DNA from: Candidatus Krumholzibacteriia bacterium
Lineage (GTDB): Bacteria; Krumholzibacteriota; Krumholzibacteriia; LZORAL124-64-63
Length of the DNA: 36,755 nucleotides
Reading direction: 5' to 3'
Assembly: GCA_046484865.1 (NCBI GenBank)
Contig: JAWOID010000100.1
Location: 1-36,755 of the forward strand
This document shows, in pieces, positions 8,802 to 17,799 of this stretch (within the stretch, counting starts at the first letter, position 1; the number at the start of each line of letters is the position of its first letter). Below the pieces are notes generated by a model. It was not told where the DNA came from, made no database searches, and saw nothing but the letters and a program-made list of their open reading frames with translations. Position numbers and translations under genes: made by a program.

Positions 8802-9083
8802 CGGCAGACCAGGGGCTGAGTCGGCATCCGCGTGGGCTCCGTGGCCCTCCTGCATCGGCGCGGCCGCCATCTCCAAGTCCACGTCGAACTCCATGCGCCG
8901 GAGGACGTTCTTCGTGATTCGTTCGGGAGCGGCGATGAGAGTCGCGACGATGATGCGCGGGAGAAGCTCGACTACCATGACTACCCACCTCCTGCCCGCG
9001 TCCGCCGTCGAGGCGCTGGCGGCCCGCTCTGGATTCCAGCGATTGAACTTGAAACTCCTATATCGCCGGCGCTACAATCGCAT

Positions 9084-9128
9084 CAGCGCATAGTTGGGGG
9101 ACTCTACAGCGCATAGTGGGGGACTATA
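9084..9128. repeat. Imperfect tandem repeat, 23+22 bp, with internal dyad
   Basis: cagcgcatagttgggggactcta / cagcgcatagtgggggactata; the second copy contains ATAGT-GGGGG-ACTAT. Confidence 0.8.
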
Positions 9129-9301
9129 GCAGTCGTGATCCCCGTTTTCGGCCGATTCGCACGCCCGTGTTCATTGAAGCATTGATGTCCGGCCGGTTTC
9201 GGGCAGGCGATACCACGGCCGCGCAGCGCGCCGACAGGCGCTTTGGCACGACATGTCCTCCGGTGGCGACGGGACTCGAAGCATCCCGGTGGAGGTTGGC
9301 C

Positions 9302-11776
9302 ATGGCGCACCAAGAATTCTCGATATCTGCTGTCTGCGGATGCATCCCTGCATATCTGCGACACCCCCGCTCCGTTCTCCGGGGACGATGGTGCCGCAAG
9401 GTCGCTCCTCTCCCGCTCGCACTGGCCGCGGTCCTGCTTCCCTGGTCCGGGGCGGCCCAGCAGGTCCGTGAGGACCTGTGGGTGACCGACGGTCCCGTTC
9501 ACGCCACCGCCTACAAAGGCGAGACCATCTACATCGGCGGGGAATTCCTGCATGTCGGGCCCGCCACGGGTGGGGGTGTTCCACTCGACGCCGGTGAGGG
9601 CACCCTGCCCGCAGACTTCCCCCGGGTGACGGGTTCCGTGCTGGCGGTGGTCTCCGACGGCTCCGGCGGATGGTTCATCGGCGGGTCGTTCACGCGGGTC
9701 GGCGGCGTCGCCCGCTCCAACCTCGCGCATATTGCGCCCGACCTTTCGGTCTCCCCGTGGGATCCCGGCGCCGACGGTACGGTCATGGCCCTCGCCACCG
9801 ACGGGGCGCTCGTCTACGCCGGTGGCGCTTTCAACCACGCGGGCGGTCAGGAGCGCTCCTACCTGGCGGCGCTCGACCCGGTCAGCGGCGCAGCCAGCCC
9901 CTGGAATCCGCGGCCTGACGGCGAGGTCCGAGCGTTGCTCGTCAACGAATCGGTCGTGTACGCCGGAGGTGCATTCGTCGTCTTCTTGGACGGCGACGTG
10001 GGCGAGGTGCACGCCGGGCTCGCGGCGATCGACACCTCGACAGGTGTCCCACTCCCCTGGTTCACCGATTGCGATGGGCCCGTCCTCGCACTGGCGCGAG
10101 CCGGCGGGATCCTGTATGTCGGCGGCGAGTTTCTCTATGCTGGAGGATCGCCTCGCGATCACCTCGCCGCCGTGGACGAGACGACAGGCGCCCTGACCAC
10201 CTGGAATCCGGGGGCCAACGGCCCGGTCCACTGCCTCGCGACCCACGGATCCACCGTCTATGCCGGCGGCGACTTCTGGCTCGTCGGCGGTATGTACCAT
10301 TTGCGACTCGCGGCCATCGACGCCGCCAGCGGCAACCCTCTGTACTGGTTTCCGACCGCGGCCGGTCCCGTGCATGCGCTCGCCCTCGCCGGCGAGGTGC
10401 TCTACGTGGGCGGTGAATTCACGGCCTGCGGAAGCGAGCAACGGTCGAATCTGGCCGCGGTCGACGCGACGACTGCTGCCCTGCTGCCGTGGAACCCGAC
10501 CGCCGGTGGATCGGTCGCGGCTCTCGCGGTTCAGGGCGCCACCGTCTACGCCGGTGGCCGGTTCCACAACATGGGCGGCGTGCTCCGCGGCAGGATCGCC
10601 GCCCTGGACGCCGCGACCGGGCGCGCCACGGACTGGGACCCCGGGGCGGACGACGCCGTGCTGGCGATCGCTGTCGCGGGTGAGCGGATGTTCGCGGGTG
10701 GCCGTTTCTCCTCGATCGGCGGACAGATGCGGAGCGGTCTGGCCTCGCTCGACCTGGACACGGGGGTGGCGGACGAGAACTGGGACCCCGATGTGGAGGG
10801 GTCCGTGCATGCGCTGGCCCTCTGTCGTCACCTGGTCTTCGTGGGGGGGCAGTTCACCAGTGTTTATGGCATCCCTCGCAACAACATCGCCGTCCTCGAC
10901 ACCGTGAACTATGCCGGCCCGGAAGCCTGGAATCCCGATGCCGACGGACCGGTGAATGCGCTCGCCATCGGCGGATCCCGGCTGTACGTCGGCGGGGCGT
11001 TCACGAGCATCGGCGGTCAACTCCGCAACAACATCGCCGCGCTGGATACTCTGACCGGGGTAGCCGCACCATGGAATCCCGGCGCCGACGGCGCAGTACA
11101 CTCGATCGCCCACGACGAAGTTGAACTGTACGTCGGCGGTGACTTCACCACGATCGGCGGCCGTACGAGCCCCTTCTTCGGTGCACTTTCCCCGTTCAGC
11201 GACCTGGCCGAGGACTGGCCCTGGCATCCCAACGCCGGCGTCCTATCCACCCTCGTGAGCGGGGCCGTGATCTACATGGGTGGAGAATTCACTGCCGCAG
11301 GTATGCAACCACGCCGTCACCTGGCCGCAGCCGATAAGTATGATCGGTCGCTCACATCGTGGAATCCGGAATGCGACGGCATCGTACACGCGCTGGCGAG
11401 CGCAGCCGGCGCTGTCCAGGTGGGCGGCGGTTTCTCGACCGTGGATGGCACTCCCCGCTGTGGCATCGTGGAACTCGGGCCGGCGACCACGGGGGTCGCT
11501 CGACGAGGAGCACTGGCGCTGAGGATGGAGGCCCGACCAAACCCCGTGCAGACGCGCACGACCATCCGGTTCCATCTACCCGCAGCCATGGACGCACGGC
11601 TGGATGTTTTCGATCTGAGGGGGCGGCGCGTCGCCACTCCTCTGCGCGCCGGTCGACTGGCAGAAGGTGAACACGAGGTGACATTCGACGCGACGGGTCT
11701 GGCCAGCGGCATCTATCTGTGCCGACTCCAGGCGGCGTACGACAAGCTCGTCGGACGGCTGCTCGTGGTACGGTGA
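9302..11776 (+). CDS. Secreted beta-propeller repeat protein (14 repeats of about 48 aa) with T9SS type-A-like CTD
   Basis: Repeat consensus W-x-P-x-x-D-G-x-V-x-A-L-A-x3-5-V-Y-x-G-G-x-F-x3-G-G-x2-R-x2-L-A-A-x-D, counted 14 times. CTD 'ARPNPVQTRTTIRFHL..VFDLRGRRV..LASGIYLCRL..RLLVVR'. Start moved to ATG 9302 (GGAGG at 9291). Confidence 0.85.
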   Translation: MAHQEFSISAVCGCIPAYLRHPRSVLRGRWCRKVAPLPLALAAVLLPWSGAAQQVREDLWVTDGPVHATAYKGETIYIGGEFLHVGPATGGGVPLDAGEGTLPADFPRVTGSVLAVVSDGSGGWFIGGSFTRVGGVARSNLAHIAPDLSVSPWDPGADGTVMALATDGALVYAGGAFNHAGGQERSYLAALDPVSGAASPWNPRPDGEVRALLVNESVVYAGGAFVVFLDGDVGEVHAGLAAIDTSTGVPLPWFTDCDGPVLALARAGGILYVGGEFLYAGGSPRDHLAAVDETTGALTTWNPGANGPVHCLATHGSTVYAGGDFWLVGGMYHLRLAAIDAASGNPLYWFPTAAGPVHALALAGEVLYVGGEFTACGSEQRSNLAAVDATTAALLPWNPTAGGSVAALAVQGATVYAGGRFHNMGGVLRGRIAALDAATGRATDWDPGADDAVLAIAVAGERMFAGGRFSSIGGQMRSGLASLDLDTGVADENWDPDVEGSVHALALCRHLVFVGGQFTSVYGIPRNNIAVLDTVNYAGPEAWNPDADGPVNALAIGGSRLYVGGAFTSIGGQLRNNIAALDTLTGVAAPWNPGADGAVHSIAHDEVELYVGGDFTTIGGRTSPFFGALSPFSDLAEDWPWHPNAGVLSTLVSGAVIYMGGEFTAAGMQPRRHLAAADKYDRSLTSWNPECDGIVHALASAAGAVQVGGGFSTVDGTPRCGIVELGPATTGVARRGALALRMEARPNPVQTRTTIRFHLPAAMDARLDVFDLRGRRVATPLRAGRLAEGEHEVTFDATGLASGIYLCRLQAAYDKLVGRLLVVR

Positions 11777-12067
11777 GGCGCGACCGTCCCGCTGATGACG
11801 CAGGGGCTGCGGCACGCGGCGCGGCACCACGAGGTGTCGCATGGCACCGACTTCAACTGCCTCCCCCAGCAGGTAGCTCGGTCCTCTCCGCGGAGTATTG
11901 GCCTCCTCCGGCTCGCTGTGCTAAGCTCCTGACACGGCGGCGCTGGTGGGGTGAGGGGCCACCAAGCAGTCCGAGTCTCAACTCGCCTAATCACCACAGA
12001 TCTCGGCAGCGGACCCGGTCTACCCCGGTACCTGTTCTAGGAATCGTCTCGAACCGGGAGAATGGCG

Positions 12068-13600
12068 ATGCGATATGCGGTGATCTTCTGCGTGGTATTC
12101 GGATTATCCGGCACAGCACTGGCGCAGACCGGCCCCTGCTCCGCGATCGTGAGCAACGGCTGGTCGGTCAGCGCCGTGACCGTCGCGGTAGACGGCCACA
12201 GCTACCTCCTCGAAATCGGCCAGCAGGTCGAGATCACGCTGGAGGGGCCTGAAGAGCTCTGCATCTGGGAATGCGTCGATCCGCACGGCTGTCGTTGGGA
12301 TTGCGCGTATACGATCTGCCCGGGAGGCATCTATTCGGTCCACCAGGTCGGCGATCCCTACGATCTGACGCTCGTCGTCGACTCGCCCGGCAACTGCTCG
12401 GACGCGTCAGTCGAGGTCTCGGTCCCGCCGTGTCCCTATCAGACGATCTATCGCACCAGCGGCCCGGACGGCGAGGAGGTCGTCATAGAACTGCGCAACG
12501 AGAATCTGCCGCAGGGGCTCTTCCTGGGCTTCAGCGAGGTCCCCCCCTGCATTTGCGGTGGAGAATCGCCGCAGGCGGTTGACCTGGCACTCCGATCCCT
12601 GACCGGCCCGGTCTTCTCGATCTCGGGCGCGCAGACATACTTCTTGATCGACAACCTCACCTCGGAAGGGTACTACGACATCCGCGTGACGTGTCCGGAC
12701 CTGAGTGAACGGTGGCTCACCGCGAACGTTCACTACGTCGGTTACCAGGGCTATCAGCCGTCCGGCTGGCTGGTGAACGAGGTCACCGGAAATGCCATCC
12801 GGGGGGCGGGGGTGAGCATCTGGCAGCAAGATGATCAGGGCGGCTTCAACGTGTACGACAGCATGATCGCCTCGGACGGCACCTACTTCTTCGACGTGCC
12901 GGCCGGGGTTTATCGGATCCTCGTCGAGTACGATCTCGACGGTGAATACTGGACCGATCCGTTCACCGTGAACTCGCCGATTCCGTCGAACATCGTCCCG
13001 CCGCTGCCCCCCATGAGCGATGACACCGCCGCACCCGAGATCACCGTCACCTCGCCCGAACCGGGCGTGGTCGCAGGTTCGGCTCAGGACGCCGGCGTGG
13101 GCATCGCCCTCCTGGAAGCCGATGCGGGCTCGCTTCAGAACGTAGAGATGGCCGTCGCGTCGTTCAGCTTCGGCGATGCTCAAGTCATCTTCCAGGCTTC
13201 TCTCCAGGACCCGGAGTCGCCGGGCGCCGTTGTGGTGATGACGATGGATCTGCTGGGGAACTGGGTCCGGCAGGAGATCGGGATCGACCCCGTCACGACA
13301 GGAATCGGCGGCGACATGACGCCCTCAGCACCTCTTCTTCGCGTCACTCCCAACCCGACGAACCCGCGGGCGACGATCTACCTCAGTCTCGTCGGTGCGG
13401 GGCGGATCGAACTGACGGTTCACGATGTCGCCGGCAAACAGGTGGCGCAGCTCGCGAACGGGTTCTTCACGGCCGGGAATCACCGGATCGTCTGGGACGG
13501 TTTGGACGACTCCGGTCGCCGCCTGGCGAGCGGTACGTATCTCGTGAACCTCCGCTGTTCCGGAAGCGTCGAGACGACCAAGGTCACCATCGTGAGATGA
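12068..13600 (+). CDS. Secreted protein: Cys-rich N-terminus, carboxypeptidase-regulatory-like domain, FlgD/T9SS-like CTD
   Basis: Signal peptide MRYAVIFCVVFGLSGTALA; 'SGWLVNEVTGNAIRGAGVSIW..DGTYFFDVPAGVYRILVE'; CTD 'PNPTNPRATI..HDVAGKQV..WDGLDDSGRRLASGTYLV'. GGGAG spacing favours ATG 12068 over 12062. Confidence 0.82.
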   Translation: MRYAVIFCVVFGLSGTALAQTGPCSAIVSNGWSVSAVTVAVDGHSYLLEIGQQVEITLEGPEELCIWECVDPHGCRWDCAYTICPGGIYSVHQVGDPYDLTLVVDSPGNCSDASVEVSVPPCPYQTIYRTSGPDGEEVVIELRNENLPQGLFLGFSEVPPCICGGESPQAVDLALRSLTGPVFSISGAQTYFLIDNLTSEGYYDIRVTCPDLSERWLTANVHYVGYQGYQPSGWLVNEVTGNAIRGAGVSIWQQDDQGGFNVYDSMIASDGTYFFDVPAGVYRILVEYDLDGEYWTDPFTVNSPIPSNIVPPLPPMSDDTAAPEITVTSPEPGVVAGSAQDAGVGIALLEADAGSLQNVEMAVASFSFGDAQVIFQASLQDPESPGAVVVMTMDLLGNWVRQEIGIDPVTTGIGGDMTPSAPLLRVTPNPTNPRATIYLSLVGAGRIELTVHDVAGKQVAQLANGFFTAGNHRIVWDGLDDSGRRLASGTYLVNLRCSGSVETTKVTIVR

Positions 13601-13936
13601 CGGTCTCGGCACACCTCCGGAGCGCGGCTGGATCGGGCCCGCGACCTTTCGCAGCGAGTCGCGGGCCCGCAAAGCCCCGTCACCACCGCTCGGCGCCGCA
13701 ATGTCGGTGCTTCTCCAGCCGGGTCGGTTCGGGCATGGTGTCCTCGGCTGAACGCCTTCGTCGCTTCCAGCCCGAAAGGCCCCACCGCATGCTCGGCTGT
13801 ACGCTCGCGCACCCGCAGCGTCGTGTCGTCCGGGTTGACGGGTCGAGCGAAACGGATCACATCCCGATCCTCGCCAGGCCATAGCACCTTTGCATGGCAG
13901 CACTGATCCTGCGTCCGCAAGACACCTCCATGAACA

Positions 13937-13962
13937 CCGGCGGCCCCTCGCGGGGCCGCCGG
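13937..13962 (-). terminator. Stem-loop downstream of aprA (putative intrinsic terminator)
   Basis: Perfect 11-bp stem ccggcggcccc-tcgc-ggggccgccgg about 40 bp after the aprA stop; weak U-tract. Confidence 0.6.
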
Positions 13963-14002
13963 CCGTTCGATCATCCGCTGAACGCGGCTGGGATCGCGAA
14001 GA

Positions 14003-15904
14003 CTAGAAGATCGCGTGGATCTCCCGCTTCTTGTTCTCCCACTCCTTGCTCTGCGGGTTCCAGGTCAGGTTCGCGAAGACCTTCCAGTTGGCCTCGTCCA
14101 GGGCCGGCTTGTCCTTGCGGAAGTAATAGCCGGGCCAGCGGGTCTCCTCGCGGAACAGCATCGTCTGGACGTGAGCCTCGGCCTGCCACATGCGGTGGAT
14201 GTTCTCCCACACCCGCATGAGCTCGTGGAGGTTCTCGGCCGCCAGGTTCAAGCTGTCTTCCTTGAGGAACTCGAGCAGTTCCTGACCACGGGTCAGCAGG
14301 GGCTCGCTAGTGAAGAACTGGGCGCTCACGCCGCCGGCGTACTCGTCCATGATCTTCTGCAGCCGCATCATGAACTGCTTCGGACGGATGTAGTGCGGGT
14401 TGATGTTCGGGTCCGTCGTCTTGCCCTTGTGCTCCTCGTACAGGTCCATCGGAGCCAGGATGGTCTTCTTGAGCTCCTCGACCTGCGCGGCGTCGATCTT
14501 GGGCTCGACGTTGTTGTCCATGATGTAGGCGATGGCGGCCTTGCCGGCGATGCGACCCTCGGCATGCGAGCCCGAGCTGAACTTGTGGCTCGAGGCGCCC
14601 GAGGCGTCACCGGCGGCGAAGAGGCCCTTCACCGTCGTCATGTTCGGGTAACCCCAGAAGTAGTCGCTCTTGGAGCCGGCGCTCTGCAGATCCTCGGGAC
14701 CGCACACCCAGGCACCGCTGGCGCCGGAGTGCGAGCCGATGAAGTACGGCTCGGCCGCGGCGATCTCGCTCGACCTCTCCTCCGGCTGCGTGTTCGTGGC
14801 AGCCCAGAGGATGGCCTGGGAAATCGTCATGTCGAGGAAGTCTTCCCACGCCTCGGACTCGAGCTCCTTCATCTTCTTCTTGAAGGCCTTCTCGTCGTCC
14901 TTGTACTCGTTCGCGATCTTCTGGATGGCTTCTTCGGTCCGCATGTAGATCGGACCCTTGCCGTCGAGCACGTCCATCTGGCCGAGCCAGTTGCGCAGGT
15001 TGGCCGGGATCGGCTTCACCTTGCCGTACGCACCCCAGTTCTCCAGCTCCGGACGACGCTCCACCATGTACTCGCCGCCCTGGGCGTTGGTGGCGCGGCT
15101 CTTGAAGAGCAGGAACCAGGCGCCCACCGGGCCGTACGCGTCCTTGAAGCGCACGGGGATGAAGCGCACTTCCTGGCAGGTCATCTCGGCGCCGGCCTTC
15201 ATGGTGAAGTAGGCGCTCGAGCCGCTGTTCCACGGCGGGTACCAGGCACGGCCCAGGCCCTCGCCGCTGCTGCGCGGCTTGAACACGTGCACGGCGCCGC
15301 CCATGGCGCACAGCACGGCCTTCGCCTTGAACACGAAGAACTTCTCCTCGCGGACGCTGAAGCCCACGGCGCCGACGCACTTGTCGCCGTCCATGAGAGG
15401 CTCCACGATGAAGACACGCTCGTAGATCTCGGCACCGGCCTCGTTCAGGGCGTTCTTGGCGGCCTCGGCCACCACGACCTTGTAGCTCTCGCCGTTGATC
15501 ATGAGCTGCCAGCGGCCCTCGTGCACGTACGCGCCGTCCTTGTCCTTCCAGATGGGGAGGCCCCACTTCTCGAAGAGATGGACGCTGCCGTCGACGTGAC
15601 GGGCGATGTTGGCCACCAGATCCTCGCGGGTGATGCCCATCAGGTCGTTGCGGACGTAGTCCACGTAGTCCTTCAGGCTGTTCTGCCCGTCCTTCAGACC
15701 CACGTACTGGTTGATCGCCGAGAGGCCCATGGCCACGGCACCGGAACGGTCCATGGCGGCCTTGTCGACCAGGGCCACGCTCAGGCCGTTCTTCTTGGCC
15801 CAGTACGAAGCTTCCACTGCGGCGCCGCACGACGCCATGCCACCACCGATGATCAGCAGGTCGGTGGAGACTTCGACTGTCTGGAAACGATCGGACGCTG
15901 CCAT
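14003..15904 (-). CDS. aprA: Adenylylsulfate (APS) reductase alpha subunit, dissimilatory type
   Basis: FAD motif 'DLLIIGGGMASCGAA', 'RSGAVAMGLSAINQY', 'WQLMINGESYK', 'RFKDAYGPVGAWF', 'HKFSSGSHAEGR', 'FREETRWPGYY'. Start ATG 15904 behind AAGGAGGT. Confidence 0.97.
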   Translation of the reverse strand: MAASDRFQTVEVSTDLLIIGGGMASCGAAVEASYWAKKNGLSVALVDKAAMDRSGAVAMGLSAINQYVGLKDGQNSLKDYVDYVRNDLMGITREDLVANIARHVDGSVHLFEKWGLPIWKDKDGAYVHEGRWQLMINGESYKVVVAEAAKNALNEAGAEIYERVFIVEPLMDGDKCVGAVGFSVREEKFFVFKAKAVLCAMGGAVHVFKPRSSGEGLGRAWYPPWNSGSSAYFTMKAGAEMTCQEVRFIPVRFKDAYGPVGAWFLLFKSRATNAQGGEYMVERRPELENWGAYGKVKPIPANLRNWLGQMDVLDGKGPIYMRTEEAIQKIANEYKDDEKAFKKKMKELESEAWEDFLDMTISQAILWAATNTQPEERSSEIAAAEPYFIGSHSGASGAWVCGPEDLQSAGSKSDYFWGYPNMTTVKGLFAAGDASGASSHKFSSGSHAEGRIAGKAAIAYIMDNNVEPKIDAAQVEELKKTILAPMDLYEEHKGKTTDPNINPHYIRPKQFMMRLQKIMDEYAGGVSAQFFTSEPLLTRGQELLEFLKEDSLNLAAENLHELMRVWENIHRMWQAEAHVQTMLFREETRWPGYYFRKDKPALDEANWKVFANLTWNPQSKEWENKKREIHAIF

Positions 15905-15917
15905 TGGCTCCACCTCC

Positions 15918-16358
15918 TTACTTCAGGGTACGCAGTGACTCGAGGCCGAGGCTCTCGGGTTCGGTGAACAGGTACGGCGACTTCAGGTCGTCCTTGGCGG
16001 TCGACCAGCCACCGTCGGGCTTCGCGGAGCCTTCGGCCGTCGACCGGATGGGGAACTTGAAACGCTTGATGTTGCCGTTGCGGAACTTCACGGTCCACAT
16101 GATGGAGTCGGTGGAGCGCATCGGCGTCACGGCCGCGCCCATGGGCACGAAGTCGGCATAGCCGCGGACCTCGACCGCCTGGGTCGGGCAGATCTTCACG
16201 CAGTTGTAGCACTCCCAGCAGAGTTCCGGCTCGATGTTGTGAGCCTTCATCTGCTCCTTGTCGAGCACCATGAGGTCGTTGGGGCAGATGTGCTGGCACG
16301 CGGTCTTGTCCAGCGCTTTGCACCCATCGCACTTCTCGGGGTTCACGAAGCTGGGCAT
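15918..16358 (-). CDS. aprB: APS reductase beta subunit (2x[4Fe-4S])
   Basis: 'MPSFVNPEKCDGCK..TACQHICPNDLM', 'CWECYNCVKICP', 'VRGYADFVP', 'IMWTVKFRNG..KRFKFPIR'; RBS AAGGAGG. Confidence 0.97.
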   Translation of the reverse strand: MPSFVNPEKCDGCKALDKTACQHICPNDLMVLDKEQMKAHNIEPELCWECYNCVKICPTQAVEVRGYADFVPMGAAVTPMRSTDSIMWTVKFRNGNIKRFKFPIRSTAEGSAKPDGGWSTAKDDLKSPYLFTEPESLGLESLRTLK

Positions 16359-16466
16359 CCAGCGCCCTCCTTGTTGATTGTCCCTACCCTTCGCGGGTCG
16401 AAACTCGCGGCCAGGCCGCGGCGAAGATGGATCGGTCGGCTCCCACTCCTTCCTGACGGAGGGCGA

Positions 16467-17699
16467 CTACTTCTTCTTGTCATCGCCAGTCGCCGCCCGG
16501 TGCATCTTGATCTCCACCTTGTCTTCGTCCTTCAGCCCGGCGTAGTACTCGCGCAGGATCGCGAGAACCTCGGGACGGCTGAACTCTGCGGGCACCTCGC
16601 CGCCCTCGCTCAGCGCCTTGCGCAGCGCCGTGCCGCTGAGGAACAGGCGGTCTTCCTTGCCGTGCGGGCAGGTCTTCATCGAGGCCATGCCGTCGCACTT
16701 GTAGCAGTAGAACGTCCAGTCGATGGGCAGCATCTTGATCTCGAGAGCGCCCTCGGGGATCTCGTGCCAGATGTCCTGCGCGTCGAAGGGGCCGTAGTAG
16801 TCGCCCACGCCGGCGTGGTCACGACCGATGATCATGTGCGTGCAGCCGAAGTTCTGGCGGAAGAGACCGTGCAGCAGACCTTCACGAGGACCGGCATAGC
16901 GCATGTCCAGCGGATAGCCACCGGTGAGGACCCGGTCCTTGATGAAGTAGTACTCTACCAGGGTGTCGATGCACTTCACACGCACGTCGGCGGGGATGTC
17001 GCCGGCCTTCAGCTTGCCGACGAGCTGGTGGATGTAGAGACCGTCGCTCACTTCCGTGGCGATCTTCGCCAGGTACTCGTGGCTGCGGTGCATGGGATTG
17101 CGAAGCTGCAGAGCGGCGATCGTCTTCCAGCCGCGGTCCTCGAAGACCTTGCGGCTCTCGGCCGGCCGCTGGTACAGGCCCGCGAAGTCGCGCGGGTAGT
17201 AGCTCTCGCTCAGCACCTTCACGGGGCCGGCGAGGTTCACCGGAGGCTGGGCCATGACCATCTTCACGCCCGGATGCTCGAGGTCGACGGTCTTGAAGAC
17301 CTCGCTGCACTCCAGTTCCTTGTCGATGGAGTACTTCTCCTCCACCTTCATCGTGGCCATGATCTCGTCGGTGTCCGCCGAGCGCAGGGCGATGTCGTCG
17401 CCCTCCTTGATGGAACCGGCGAACTCGTCGCTCACCGAGAGCGTCACCGGGATCGGCCAGAAGACGCCGTTGGCCATGGCCATGCGCTTGCAGACGCCTT
17501 CCCAGTCCTTCTTGTCCATGAAGCCGGTGAGGGGTGTGAAGCCGCCGATGCCCAGCATCACGATGTCACCGGTCTCACGGCTCGACATCTTCCACTGGGG
17601 CAGGCTTTCGGCCCGAGCCGTCTCGGCCTTGCGGGCGTCTCCCTCCAGCAGGAGGGGCATCAACTCGTCGCTACCGTGAGGTCTGATCAGCTTCGCCAC
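16467..17699 (-). CDS. sat: Sulfate adenylyltransferase (ATP sulfurylase, Sat type)
   Basis: '[10 protein letters not shown]', '[15 protein letters not shown]', '[12 protein letters not shown]', '[28 protein letters not shown]', Zn site 'CYKC..CPH'. Start reassigned to GTG 17699 (AAAGGA upstream). Confidence 0.97.
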   Translation of the reverse strand: MAKLIRPHGSDELMPLLLEGDARKAETARAESLPQWKMSSRETGDIVMLGIGGFTPLTGFMDKKDWEGVCKRMAMANGVFWPIPVTLSVSDEFAGSIKEGDDIALRSADTDEIMATMKVEEKYSIDKELECSEVFKTVDLEHPGVKMVMAQPPVNLAGPVKVLSESYYPRDFAGLYQRPAESRKVFEDRGWKTIAALQLRNPMHRSHEYLAKIATEVSDGLYIHQLVGKLKAGDIPADVRVKCIDTLVEYYFIKDRVLTGGYPLDMRYAGPREGLLHGLFRQNFGCTHMIIGRDHAGVGDYYGPFDAQDIWHEIPEGALEIKMLPIDWTFYCYKCDGMASMKTCPHGKEDRLFLSGTALRKALSEGGEVPAEFSRPEVLAILREYYAGLKDEDKVEIKMHRAATGDDKKK

Positions 17700-17770
17700 A
17701 GCGGGGTCCTTTCGAGAAAAGCCGTGATGGACGTCATGACGGCCAGCGGCCATATGATGAGCCGGGTCGA

Positions 17771-17799
17771 AACGTAGGATCTCGCCCCATGCCTGTCAA
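17771..17799 (-). promoter_or_regulatory. Sigma70-type promoter for sat-aprBA
   Basis: Minus strand TTGACA (17799-17794), 17-nt spacer, TACGTT (17776-17771); T-rich tract immediately upstream (17800-17810) in an otherwise GC-rich background. Confidence 0.75.

Noticed and set aside
9084..9128. Possible CRISPR mini-array
   Set aside because: Two adjacent copies, no spacer, no cas genes.
9104..11227. 707-aa minus-strand ORF with apparent repeats
   Set aside because: Mirror of the propeller repeats on the plus strand.
14015..17777. Long plus-strand ORFs (650 aa, 512 aa) opposite aprA and sat
   Set aside because: Shadow ORFs of strongly biased genes.
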